Assembly: GCA_041662585.1 (NCBI GenBank)
Contig: JBAZSG010000001.1
Location: 66,381 to 130,380 of the forward strand
Reading direction: 5' to 3'
From: Patescibacteria group bacterium
GTDB lineage: Bacteria; Patescibacteriota; Patescibacteriia; UBA1558; GWA2-36-10
DNA length: 64,000 bases
Under the pieces are notes generated by a model. That model had not been told where the DNA came from and did no database searches. It saw only the letters and a program-made list of their open reading frames with translations. The stretch's first letter is position 1. Every line of letters begins with the position of its first letter. Both the position numbers and the translations under genes were made by a program. This document shows positions 30,482 to 39,170 of the stretch, piece after piece.

Positions 30482-32581
30482 TTATAACCTATCGTAACTA
30501 TTAATTGATGGATTAATAGTTATCGTAAGCGTTTCTGTATCTGCACCAACAGAATTAAGAGCTGTTATTTCAACAGCATATGTACCAACTACACTGGCTG
30601 TACCGACGATTACGCCAGTTGATGTATCAAATGATAAGCCAGTTGGTAAATTACTTATTCTAAAATTAGTAGGGTTATTGGTAGCTGTAATAGTATATCT
30701 AAAACTACTTCCAACTGTAGCATTGACAGTTAATGGACTAGTTATTTCTGGTGCTGGTCCTCCTATAATTTCATTACATGGGATTTCGGTGATTGGCAAA
30801 GTCAAAAAAGTATCAGCATAGGGAGTACCATTAGTGTCATAATAATATATATTTGGCATATAATCTGTATAAGTTGTTTCTGGCAAACAGAGGGAATGTG
30901 TAATGCCTTGGGATTGTATATTTATTATACGTTCTGGAATTATTGCATGATTTTCATCATCAAAAACTTCTAAAGCAAATGGTGCACCTGGTTGATATTG
31001 TTGAGCAATATTAGAACTAAAATAATCATTAGTGTTCAAGTTTAGACCTCCAAATGGATAACCATAAGGGTTAAAATTAGCTATAAAATATATCTCCGGA
31101 TTGCTAATGCCGTCTGAATCTACTGGAATATTAACACTAGCATCATCAATACTACCGATATCTAGTTTATTAGCCAAAAGTTGATTACATGGTAAAGTGG
31201 TAGCTTTGTTGGTTAATAAACTATCAAAGTAGGGAGTACCATTGGTGTCATAATAATATAAAATATAATCACCCTCATTAATTAATGTCTCTGGTAAACA
31301 AAGAGTATGGATAGTTCCTTCAGATTGTATGTTTATTATACGCTCTGGAACCAGTGTTCCTACGTCACTACCAAAACTCAAAGCAAGTGGCGCACCTGGT
31401 TGATATTGTTGACCAATATTAGAACTAAAATAATTATTGCTACTCAAATTTAATTGTCCGAATGGATAACCATAAGGGGTAAAATTAGTCATAAAATATA
31501 TCTCGGGATCATTGATGCCGTCTGAATAAACTGGAATATTAACACTAGCATCATCAATACTACCAATATCTAGTTTATTAGCCAAAAGTTGATTACATGG
31601 TAAAGTGGTAGCTTTGTTGGTTAATAAACTATCAAAGTAGGGAGTACCATTGGTGTCATAATAATATAAAATATAATCACCCTCATTAATTAATGTCTCT
31701 GGTAAACAAAGAGTATGGATAGTTCCTTCAGATTGTATGTTTATTATACGCTCTGGAACCAGTGTTCCTACGTCACTACCAAAACTCAAAGCAAGTGGCG
31801 CACCTGGTTGATATTGTTGACCAATATTAGAACTAAAATAATTATTGCTACTCAAATTTAATTGTCCGAATGGATAACCATAAGGGGTAAAATTAGTCAT
31901 AAAATATATCTCGGGATCATTGATGCCGTCTGAATAAACTGGAATATTAACACTAGCATCATCAATACTACCAATATCTAGTTTATTAGCCAAAAGTTGA
32001 TTACATGGTAAAGTGGTAGCTTTGTTGGTTAATAAACTATCAAAGTATGGAGTACCATTGGTGTCATAATAGTATTTATTTGGAAAATAATCAGTATAGG
32101 TTGTCTCTGGTAAACAAAGAGTATGGATAGTTCCTTGAGATTGTACATTTATTATACGACTTGGGATTACTTCTCCTCCATTATCTGCCCAAAGTTGTAG
32201 AGCTAATGGAACGGTTGAAGTGGAATATTGAATATCCATTGGATCATATCCTCCACTTAAACTTAAATGGCCCAAAGATAAATTATCAGCTATAAACTCT
32301 ACACTAGGGTTGCTAATGCCGTCTGAATAAACTGGAATATTTACTGCAGCATCTTCAATACTTTTTAATACTAATGGACCTGTTTTTAAAATAGTTTCTC
32401 CAATTATGACAGGACCATTGACTGGACCACTAATTCTACTAACGGAAAAAGCCATAGCCATAAAATTAAGTCCTAACATAAATGAAGATACTATTAGTAA
32501 AGAAAGGGCTATCTGTTGCCCAGTAATTACCTTACTAACTATAGAAGTTTTATTTTGCACTTGCGTTTTTACTTGTTTCAT
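30482..32581 (-). CDS. Repeat-rich cell-surface protein with a C-terminal Ig-like (He_PIG-type) domain
   Basis: N-terminal signal-anchor, four ~136-aa repeats (CNQLLANKLDIGSIDDASVNIPVYSDGI...), C-terminal TGLSFDTSTGVIVGTA motif. Confidence 0.7.
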   Translation of the reverse strand: MKQVKTQVQNKTSIVSKVITGQQIALSLLIVSSFMLGLNFMAMAFSVSRISGPVNGPVIIGETILKTGPLVLKSIEDAAVNIPVYSDGISNPSVEFIADNLSLGHLSLSGGYDPMDIQYSTSTVPLALQLWADNGGEVIPSRIINVQSQGTIHTLCLPETTYTDYFPNKYYYDTNGTPYFDSLLTNKATTLPCNQLLANKLDIGSIDDASVNIPVYSDGINDPEIYFMTNFTPYGYPFGQLNLSSNNYFSSNIGQQYQPGAPLALSFGSDVGTLVPERIINIQSEGTIHTLCLPETLINEGDYILYYYDTNGTPYFDSLLTNKATTLPCNQLLANKLDIGSIDDASVNIPVYSDGINDPEIYFMTNFTPYGYPFGQLNLSSNNYFSSNIGQQYQPGAPLALSFGSDVGTLVPERIINIQSEGTIHTLCLPETLINEGDYILYYYDTNGTPYFDSLLTNKATTLPCNQLLANKLDIGSIDDASVNIPVDSDGISNPEIYFIANFNPYGYPFGGLNLNTNDYFSSNIAQQYQPGAPFALEVFDDENHAIIPERIINIQSQGITHSLCLPETTYTDYMPNIYYYDTNGTPYADTFLTLPITEIPCNEIIGGPAPEITSPLTVNATVGSSFRYTITATNNPTNFRISNLPTGLSFDTSTGVIVGTASVVGTYAVEITALNSVGADTETLTITINPSINSYDRL
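31141..32046. repeat. Tandem direct repeat, 408-bp unit, about 2.2 near-identical copies inside the surface-protein gene
   Basis: The string catcatcaatactacc(g/a)atatctagtttattagcc recurs at 31141, 31549 and 31957 with a nearly identical intervening sequence. Confidence 0.85.
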
Positions 32582-32664
32582 AACTTATTAATCTTTAAAA
32601 ATTTATTATTATATATAAATATTAATTGTTATTATTATACCATAAAAATAAAAAAATAAAAAAT

Positions 32665-32693
32665 TTGACAGTCAAAAATAATCAGCGTATAAT
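32665..32693 (+). promoter_or_regulatory. Consensus sigma-70 promoter (TTGACA-17-TATAAT)
   Basis: ttgaca gtcaaaaataatcagcg tataat. The -35 sits inside the palindrome tttgacagtcaaa. Confidence 0.6.
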
Positions 32694-32703
32694 ATCTATT
32701 AAT

Positions 32704-32775
32704 ATGCTGAAAAGAATTATTCAACATAAAAAACACCACAAAGATTACTACTTAAAATTTTTAAAAAATATATAA
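32704..32775 (+). other. Candidate leader peptide ORF (MLKRIIQHKKHHKDYYLKFLKNI, 23 aa)
   Basis: The ATG lies about 4 nt from the predicted TSS. The TAA stop directly abuts the terminator stem. Confidence 0.3.
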
Positions 32776-32803
32776 GTCGTTCCGAAAGGAACGATTTTTT
32801 TAT
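32776..32803 (+). terminator. Intrinsic terminator/attenuator in the leader of the AsnRS-core gene
   Basis: gtcgttcc-gaaa-ggaacgat followed by ttttttta, 25 nt upstream of the ATG at 32828. Confidence 0.55.
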
Positions 32804-32827
32804 AAACTAATAATTAAATAAAAACCT

Positions 32828-33832
32828 ATGGACAAAGCAAAAACAGCCCGCCTTGAGGGCTTCGTACTCAAGGAAGCTGAAGATTTTTTTCGCAAGCAGG
32901 GTTTTATCCCTTTATTTCCACCCAAAATTGTCAGAGCCTCTGGCGCTTGTGAAAATATAAATACTCTTTTTGAAGTCAGTGTTGATAAAAATCATAAATG
33001 GTTTGATAGGAATTCTTACCTTTCACAAACTGGTCAGCTCTATCTTGAAGCTATGGTACCAGAACTCAAAAAAGTCTATTGTGTAGGACCATCATTTAGA
33101 GCTGAGCCCAAAATAGACTCCCGACATTTAACAGAATTTACTATGTTGGAAATTGAATTTGCTGGTAACTTTGAAGATCTCTTAGCCTATGAAGAAACAC
33201 TTATTCATCATGTAGCCAAAAAAGTAGTGCAACATCCCAAAGTCAAAGAGGATTTTGGCTTGAGTGACCAAGACATACAACGCTTAAATAAATGTCCAAA
33301 TAAATTCCAGCGCTTTACCTATGATCAGGCCATTACCAAGCTTCAAGAAATTGGTGAAGCTATAAAATGGGGAGATGACATAAATAGTAATAGAGAAAAA
33401 TTGCTTCTAGCTACGGTTGATAATCAACCGTTTTTTATTACCCACTATCCTGACCCGATGTATGAAGAACATAAAAATATTGAAGTAGAAAAATTCTTCA
33501 ATATGCTACCATCAAAAGACAATCCTGGTCGTGTACTCAGTTCTGATCTTATATTACCCTTTGGTGGTGAAGCGGTGGGAGCAGCTGCTCGTGTACATAT
33601 ATTGGATGAATTGGTAAAACGTTTAAAAAATTCCAAAATGTATAAACGCCTACAAGAAAAAGGCGGTGATATCAGTGATTTTGAATGGTATATAAATCAT
33701 ATAGAAAAAAATGGAGCTGTACCGCATGCTGGTTGTGGTTTTGGCATGTCCAGAATACTACAGTATATTAGTGGCAAAACAGACATTACTGAAGCAGTCA
33801 CTTTTCCTTCTAATAAAGGCCTTTTGATATAA
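32828..33832 (+). CDS. AsnRS-like class II catalytic core without an anticodon-binding domain (putative archaeal-type asparagine synthetase A-like paralog)
   Basis: 334 aa. QTGQLYLEA, motif 2 GPSFRAEPKIDSRHLTEFTMLEIE, motif 3 GCGFGMSRIL. No N-terminal OB fold. Confidence 0.65.
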   Translation: MDKAKTARLEGFVLKEAEDFFRKQGFIPLFPPKIVRASGACENINTLFEVSVDKNHKWFDRNSYLSQTGQLYLEAMVPELKKVYCVGPSFRAEPKIDSRHLTEFTMLEIEFAGNFEDLLAYEETLIHHVAKKVVQHPKVKEDFGLSDQDIQRLNKCPNKFQRFTYDQAITKLQEIGEAIKWGDDINSNREKLLLATVDNQPFFITHYPDPMYEEHKNIEVEKFFNMLPSKDNPGRVLSSDLILPFGGEAVGAAARVHILDELVKRLKNSKMYKRLQEKGGDISDFEWYINHIEKNGAVPHAGCGFGMSRILQYISGKTDITEAVTFPSNKGLLI

Positions 33833-33973
33833 TAAATAAAGTGGATAGACCATTGTCCATCCACTGACTCTCAAACACAAACATCAGTAGTAAACAAATT
33901 TTATATCAATAAGAAAACCGCCACCCGTAGCTTTATGCGAAGGGTGGCGGTCCACGCTTTTGGCCAATAATGT

Positions 33974-34192
33974 CTAGCACGAACACGGCACATCACTGAG
34001 TGTCAGGTGCTCGGAAACCTTATTAAGGGTTTCGATATCAATGCCTAGTTGCCCAGCGGCCAAACTAGGGCTCAAGGGATAATCACGGCGACCACACTGA
34101 CAGATAATGAAATACCAGCCATAGATGCTTGATTTTTCCACTCTGGCTTTGGAGTGGCAAACTTGGCACACAATAGTTTTGTTGTTAGACAT
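33974..34192 (-). CDS. Small zinc-ribbon protein (72 aa) in a GC-enriched patch
   Basis: CQVC...CQCG...CSC. Perfect AAGGAGG RBS. Followed on the minus strand by the ccgccaccc/gggtggcgg hairpin plus a T-run. Confidence 0.5.
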   Translation of the reverse strand: MSNNKTIVCQVCHSKARVEKSSIYGWYFIICQCGRRDYPLSPSLAAGQLGIDIETLNKVSEHLTLSDVPCSC

Positions 34193-34423
34193 GGCTTTCC
34201 TCCTTGATGAAATGAACTTGAAATTTGTACAAAAAAACTGATCCTTTACGGAGATCAGTGCTTTTGCTTTTATCTAAATTTAATTTATATAACAAGAATG
34301 CCTAATCTCCTCGATCAGTTAACAACAAAAACAAAATAGAAATTTTATTTATAATCGGCATATATTATATATTATAATATCTAAAAAATTTGTCAATATA
34401 TAAAAATCAAACCCATCGCTTTT

Positions 34424-35128
34424 TCAACGATGGGTTTTTAAGTCAACGACTGCTTGCCTGACTCTATGTCCAATCACTTTTCTGACATGACGATCTGACA
34501 TATCTAGGTCAGAAAAATTAATCGGTTTACCGATAGTAATAGTTCCTCTATGACCAGAAGAAATTCCGCGATAGCTGAAACCAACGGCGATTGGCATGAT
34601 GGGCTGAATGCCTTCTAAGAGTATAGGGATTACGAAGTTTGGCTGAGCCAAACGGATAGTCTCAGCTACACCAGGTACACAGGGACCAACCTCCCCTGTC
34701 CTACTACGAGTAGCCTCAAAGAAAAGAACCACATTGCCAGTTTTTAAGGCTCTAACAAATAATCTGATTTGAGCCTTAATAGTATGGTGACCACTTTTTC
34801 TGGCGACAGGTATATTCTTTAAGAGATTGAAAAGGTGTTTCCACACCTTGTGGGTCAAAAAATTCTTTCTGTCTGGTGTATTCCAAGAAATACGTCTAGG
34901 GCAAAACAATATCTCCCACCAACTCAAGGTAGCGATTCCAATTAAAAAGGAATCAATTAGTGTGAGATGATTAGCTACATAAAGTACTCTAGTATCGTGG
35001 GGCAGGTTTTCTCGGCCGATTATCTCAACCTTGTTTCGAACACGGAAAATCCAAATACTCCACAACCATCCAACGATCAAAACTATATGGCTAAGTCTGC
35101 CATAAAACCACTTTTTTATGCTGCTCAT
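34424..35128 (-). CDS. Lysophospholipid (1-acyl-sn-glycerol-3-phosphate) acyltransferase family protein
   Basis: NHLTLIDS (HX4D) and FFEATRSRTGE motifs. Start set at MSSIKKW, which is preceded by an AAAGGAGG RBS. Confidence 0.7.
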   Translation of the reverse strand: MSSIKKWFYGRLSHIVLIVGWLWSIWIFRVRNKVEIIGRENLPHDTRVLYVANHLTLIDSFLIGIATLSWWEILFCPRRISWNTPDRKNFLTHKVWKHLFNLLKNIPVARKSGHHTIKAQIRLFVRALKTGNVVLFFEATRSRTGEVGPCVPGVAETIRLAQPNFVIPILLEGIQPIMPIAVGFSYRGISSGHRGTITIGKPINFSDLDMSDRHVRKVIGHRVRQAVVDLKTHR

Positions 35129-35299
35129 AGCAGACCTCCTTTCATGGTCATTGTATTTAAATAACACTATACTAACTAAATAGACTACTACACAAAAACC
35201 TTCTTGTCAAAATAGCTATTATTTATAAAATTGTAAATTTATAAAAAATATTGTATGCTACAGGCTCTTAAAGCCTATATAAAATATCTATATTAAAAC

Positions 35300-35866
35300 A
35301 TGAATTTTTTTAAACAATTCTTATCAAGTCCACTAGAAACAGGTGCTATTAAATCTTCTTCAAAAAATTTATCTAAGCTGATTACCAATCAAAGTGATTT
35401 GTCCAAAAAAAAATGTATCGTAGAGCTTGGCTCAGGTAAAGGAGTATTCACCAAAGAAATATTAAATAAAATATCTCCTAAGTGTATATTTTTTTGTTTA
35501 GAAATTAATCCTCAATTTGTTATTGAGACCAAAAAAAACTGTCCCAAGGCCATAGTCTATAATACCTCTGCCAAAAATATTAAGAAATATTTACTAAAAC
35601 ACAAACAAATAAGCTGTGACTGTATTATATCTGGATTACCTTGGTCATCTTTTAATAAAAAAGTACAAGAGACTTTATTAGATGAAATATATACTTCACT
35701 TGAAGATAATGGCGAATTTTTAACTTTTGCCTATCTTCAAGGACTATTACTTCCAAATGGAATTAGATTTCAAAAATTGTTGAAAAATAAATTTAAGCGA
35801 GTGAAAAAAACAAAAATAATCTGGAAAAATTTACCACCGGCCTTAGTATATTATTGTAAAAAATAA
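35300..35866 (+). CDS. Class I SAM-dependent methyltransferase (phospholipid/rRNA N-methyltransferase-like)
   Basis: VELGSGKGVFTKEIL motif I. Confidence 0.55.
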   Translation: MNFFKQFLSSPLETGAIKSSSKNLSKLITNQSDLSKKKCIVELGSGKGVFTKEILNKISPKCIFFCLEINPQFVIETKKNCPKAIVYNTSAKNIKKYLLKHKQISCDCIISGLPWSSFNKKVQETLLDEIYTSLEDNGEFLTFAYLQGLLLPNGIRFQKLLKNKFKRVKKTKIIWKNLPPALVYYCKK

Positions 35867-35898
35867 AATTTATATTATAATATAGCAAAAAAAAAAAT

Positions 35899-35918
35899 AA
35901 GAATTTTTTAAAATTCTT
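35899..35918. terminator. Perfect palindrome aagaatttt-tt-aaaattctt (bidirectional terminator-like)
   Basis: 9-bp inverted repeat with A/T runs on both sides. Confidence 0.45.
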
Positions 35919-36039
35919 ATTTTTTCTTTTTCTTGTTTGCCTTTGCTTCAAGCATAAGTCTTTTAATCTCTAGTCTTTTGGGAGTTTTTTTAGAACTAGA
36001 TTTTTGTGCTCTACCTGCAGCGTGTCTTCTTTTTGCCAT
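35917..36039 (-). CDS. Unannotated 40-aa highly basic ORF (MAKRRHAAGRAQKSSSKKTPKRLEIKRLMLEAKANKKKKK)
   Basis: AAAGG lies 9 nt upstream of the ATG. Below the 60-aa ORF-track cut-off. Confidence 0.2.
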   Translation of the reverse strand: MAKRRHAAGRAQKSSSKKTPKRLEIKRLMLEAKANKKKKK

Positions 36040-36116
36040 AATAAATAACCTTTAATGTTAATATAAAATATATTAACATTTTGAGCAATAAAAATCAAGA
36101 CCTTAAGCTACTATAA

Positions 36117-36689
36117 TTATTCAATAATTTGTACATTTGAAGGCAAACTTTGACGTATAATATCCAAATCTTGTCTTGATGTCTGATTACCAGACAAATT
36201 TAATATTTTTAAATTTTGCAAATTACCCAATTCGTATGGCAAACCAGTAAGCTGATTATTAGCTAAATTAAGTTCTATTAAATTACTCAATTGCCCAATT
36301 TCAGCTGGCACTCCTGTCATCTTATTGTTGGAAGCATTCAAAACCTGCAATCTTTGCAATTGATTGATTTGAGATGGTAAGGCTCCTGTTAATTGATTGT
36401 TTGATACATCCAGTTTTAACAAATTTGTTTTTTTAAAAACTGATTGATCTACTTGTTGTAAACCTTGACCACTTAAATCGAGACTATCTTTATTACTAAT
36501 ATCGACATTTATATCTTCTTGTTCTATTTTTTGTTCAGTATTTGTAGTGTTCTCGACAAGATTGTCTATTGATGTTTTATCAAAACTACAACTTGCGCCC
36601 ATTAGTAAAAAAATTGCTAAAACTAATAATATATTTTTCATAAATTTATAATTATTCAAATAAAATAGATATTTCCAAGGCATCATCAT
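36117..36689 (-). CDS. Secreted leucine-rich-repeat (LRR) protein
   Basis: Signal peptide followed by about six LxxLxLxxNxLTGxLP repeats. Confidence 0.8.
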   Translation of the reverse strand: MMMPWKYLFYLNNYKFMKNILLVLAIFLLMGASCSFDKTSIDNLVENTTNTEQKIEQEDINVDISNKDSLDLSGQGLQQVDQSVFKKTNLLKLDVSNNQLTGALPSQINQLQRLQVLNASNNKMTGVPAEIGQLSNLIELNLANNQLTGLPYELGNLQNLKILNLSGNQTSRQDLDIIRQSLPSNVQIIE

Positions 36690-37302
36690 ACTCTGGTAAA
36701 CCAGAAGGGTTGTCTTTTTGCAAAATCAAAGCTCCATTATTTTTATAACTAGGCTTTTCAAATTCTAGAGTAGCTTCAAATGGTACAAAATCTTCAGTCA
36801 TCCAATCATCTTTGGCTTGAGCTATTCCTTGAGCAATGATTAATCCATCCCAATTTACTAGAAATATTGGGAAACTAGCTTCAAAAAACCAAGTGCCTCT
36901 AGCTTGGCCAGTAATAGTTAAAGGGCTAGAAATATAATCGCCAGCATGCACTGAATCTAAAATTATTAAATCTTGTTTGGCCAGCTCTTCACTATCTATA
37001 ATTTCTTCGGTAGCTATGTTTTCTTCAGTATTTATGATTTGCTTCATCACACATTGATTATTATCCGAACAATGACAACTAAATGATGGTAGAGCCAAAG
37101 ATATATCTATTTGCCCAATTTTTATAGGCTTTTTGCTCCAACAACCACCCAAAAGACCACCGGTGATTTTTTGACAGTCAACATCTTGTTGACAATATTT
37201 GCTGCCTCCAAAACTAAAAGAAGTAAAAAATATTATATAACCTACTAATAAAATTAGTACTATAAATAAACTAATGACCCAAAAAAACTTTGTTGCTCTC
37301 AT
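36652..37302 (-). CDS. Membrane-anchored protein with a novel 6-Cys domain and a C-terminal Gmad2-like Ig domain
   Basis: TM, then FTSFSFGGSKYCQQDVDCQKITGG..GCWSKKPIKIG...C.C..NQC, then GQARGTWFFEASFPIFLVNWDG. Confidence 0.55.
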   Translation of the reverse strand: MRATKFFWVISLFIVLILLVGYIIFFTSFSFGGSKYCQQDVDCQKITGGLLGGCWSKKPIKIGQIDISLALPSFSCHCSDNNQCVMKQIINTEENIATEEIIDSEELAKQDLIILDSVHAGDYISSPLTITGQARGTWFFEASFPIFLVNWDGLIIAQGIAQAKDDWMTEDFVPFEATLEFEKPSYKNNGALILQKDNPSGLPEYDDALEISILFE

Positions 37303-37628
37303 AAAATTATTACCGATAATATTATTATAAACATAATTACAGCATATAAAAAATTAAAAGCTAAAATTTGTAAGGCTCTTTTGATATTGTGTTGAATAAT
37401 CAAATAAATGGGATATCCAAAAACCAAAAGCCCACAAACGGCTGCTGAAAAAACTAACAAAAAAAGCATAAGCGCTATACCCCAAATTTCTGGTGCGTTT
37501 TCCACTTGATTATTACCCATCAAGCGAAAAAATAGAGCAACCAAAGAACAATATATGGCCACCCCAAGTGTTTGTAAAAAACCAATCCAACCAGCAGACA
37601 TTTTATCCAAATTCATAAAATTACTCAT
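37299..37628 (-). CDS. Small polytopic membrane protein
   Basis: Three TM helices. ATGA overlap with the downstream gene. Confidence 0.45.
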   Translation of the reverse strand: MSNFMNLDKMSAGWIGFLQTLGVAIYCSLVALFFRLMGNNQVENAPEIWGIALMLFLLVFSAAVCGLLVFGYPIYLIIQHNIKRALQILAFNFLYAVIMFIIILSVIIL

Positions 37629-37713
37629 TTAGTATTAATATCTTTATTATAGCACTATAAAGCCTTTTACAACAAACAAAAAATCACCATAAAAGATGAT
37701 TTTTTGAAAAAAT

Positions 37714-39165
37714 TTATTGAGCCAATTCTACAGACGGTTCTACTGCTGGCACAGCACTTAGTATATCAACAGGCATTGGTTCTGGTTCTACCATCCTCTG
37801 ATCAAAAATATCTTTGGCCAATGGCACTACTACATTTTGTTTATAAAAATATTCTGCTTCACTTGGTAATTCAATAATAGGAAACACTAAAGCTGGAACT
37901 AATAATTCACTACTTACATTATTGGTATATTGCCAAGTCTGCATATAAGCAAGGTGAGGGGTGCCCAATTCTATCTCCACTACTTTTACTCCTGCTTGTT
38001 CTGGAAAATAATAATAATAATTTCCACCTCTAGCTGCCAATTTTAGTATTTTATCTATGTCCGTTTCCATATCATAAAGAGAGCTTTGATATTTTTGACT
38101 AGTCAAATTCCACATACTACTTACTTTCTTGTATCTCAAATTGATAGCTACTCTAATACCCTGTGCGCCACCCCATTCTTCATAAGAATTTTTACCATCA
38201 ACTATCAAAGGATATACAACTGTGGCCACATCAGGAATCATAAAGCCCTCCATATTAGCTAACCTAAGATAATTTTCTTTCCAAGAATTATCTACTTCTG
38301 GAGTACCATATGTAGCGATACTAATATTATGCTCTTCTAAAAATTTATTGGCCATATTAATAAGCTGATCATCACTAGGAATATCTTCCATCTTTATCGG
38401 TTCTTGTGGATAGTCTATGCCCATTGGCCATTTTTCCCAGTTTTCATTAATGGAAATCATGCCCTCATACAAATCAACATTGACTGCATAACCAAAATTT
38501 TTGTCTTCATAGATACTAAAATTTCTTATTTTTAAATTATCTAGAGAATTTAAATCAAAATTATCAAAATTTAAACCTTGCAAAATATTGGCCACATCTT
38601 TTTGTGAATCAAGACCTTTTATCCTTTTTAAAACAGTCATCTGTGCATTATCAACAGAAAAGTCTTCCCCTTTATAAACATACTTATAAACTATTGGTTG
38701 TGGAGCAATCTTCATATCCATAGCTACTGTAGAGCCCATACCACCACCCCCACCACCAAGACCAGCGACCATGGTGTTTTCCTGAGTGCCCCCATTTTGA
38801 GCCAATAATGGCCCAAAAGCTTGTCTGCCCAATCCTTTAACTTGTAAATTAAAATCCACATTGGCCGTTTTAATATTTTCATCCTTAGATAATGTAGGAA
38901 TAAGGATTAGCAAAACAAGAGCCAAAGAGCCAAACACATAAATTAATTTGTTCATAATATTATAATTAGATTGTTTATTATTGTTTTCAGAAAACTTTTC
39001 CAATAGTTCTCTGCGTAATTTAATTTGAAAATCTTTATCAAATTTTATATCCGGTTTAGATATTAAAAGTTTTTCGATGATATCTATCAACTGTGACTCA
39101 TATTTTTTGAGACTACTGTCAATAATATATAAATCTTCTAAAATATTTTTTATATCTTCTTTCAT
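37714..39165 (-). CDS. Single-pass membrane protein, putative anti-sigma factor with a large extracytoplasmic domain
   Basis: Directly downstream of the ECF sigma. Cytoplasmic N-domain, one TM, Gly-rich linker. Confidence 0.45.
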   Translation of the reverse strand: MKEDIKNILEDLYIIDSSLKKYESQLIDIIEKLLISKPDIKFDKDFQIKLRRELLEKFSENNNKQSNYNIMNKLIYVFGSLALVLLILIPTLSKDENIKTANVDFNLQVKGLGRQAFGPLLAQNGGTQENTMVAGLGGGGGGMGSTVAMDMKIAPQPIVYKYVYKGEDFSVDNAQMTVLKRIKGLDSQKDVANILQGLNFDNFDLNSLDNLKIRNFSIYEDKNFGYAVNVDLYEGMISINENWEKWPMGIDYPQEPIKMEDIPSDDQLINMANKFLEEHNISIATYGTPEVDNSWKENYLRLANMEGFMIPDVATVVYPLIVDGKNSYEEWGGAQGIRVAINLRYKKVSSMWNLTSQKYQSSLYDMETDIDKILKLAARGGNYYYYFPEQAGVKVVEIELGTPHLAYMQTWQYTNNVSSELLVPALVFPIIELPSEAEYFYKQNVVVPLAKDIFDQRMVEPEPMPVDILSAVPAVEPSVELAQ

Positions 39166-39170
39166 ATTTT

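Noticed and set aside
32700-32827. T-box riboswitch upstream of the AsnRS-core gene
   Set aside because: The leader is only about 100 nt and lacks the T-box consensus (AATTAGGGTGGNACCGCG) and a specifier-loop architecture. It is interpreted instead as a leader-peptide attenuator or sRNA.
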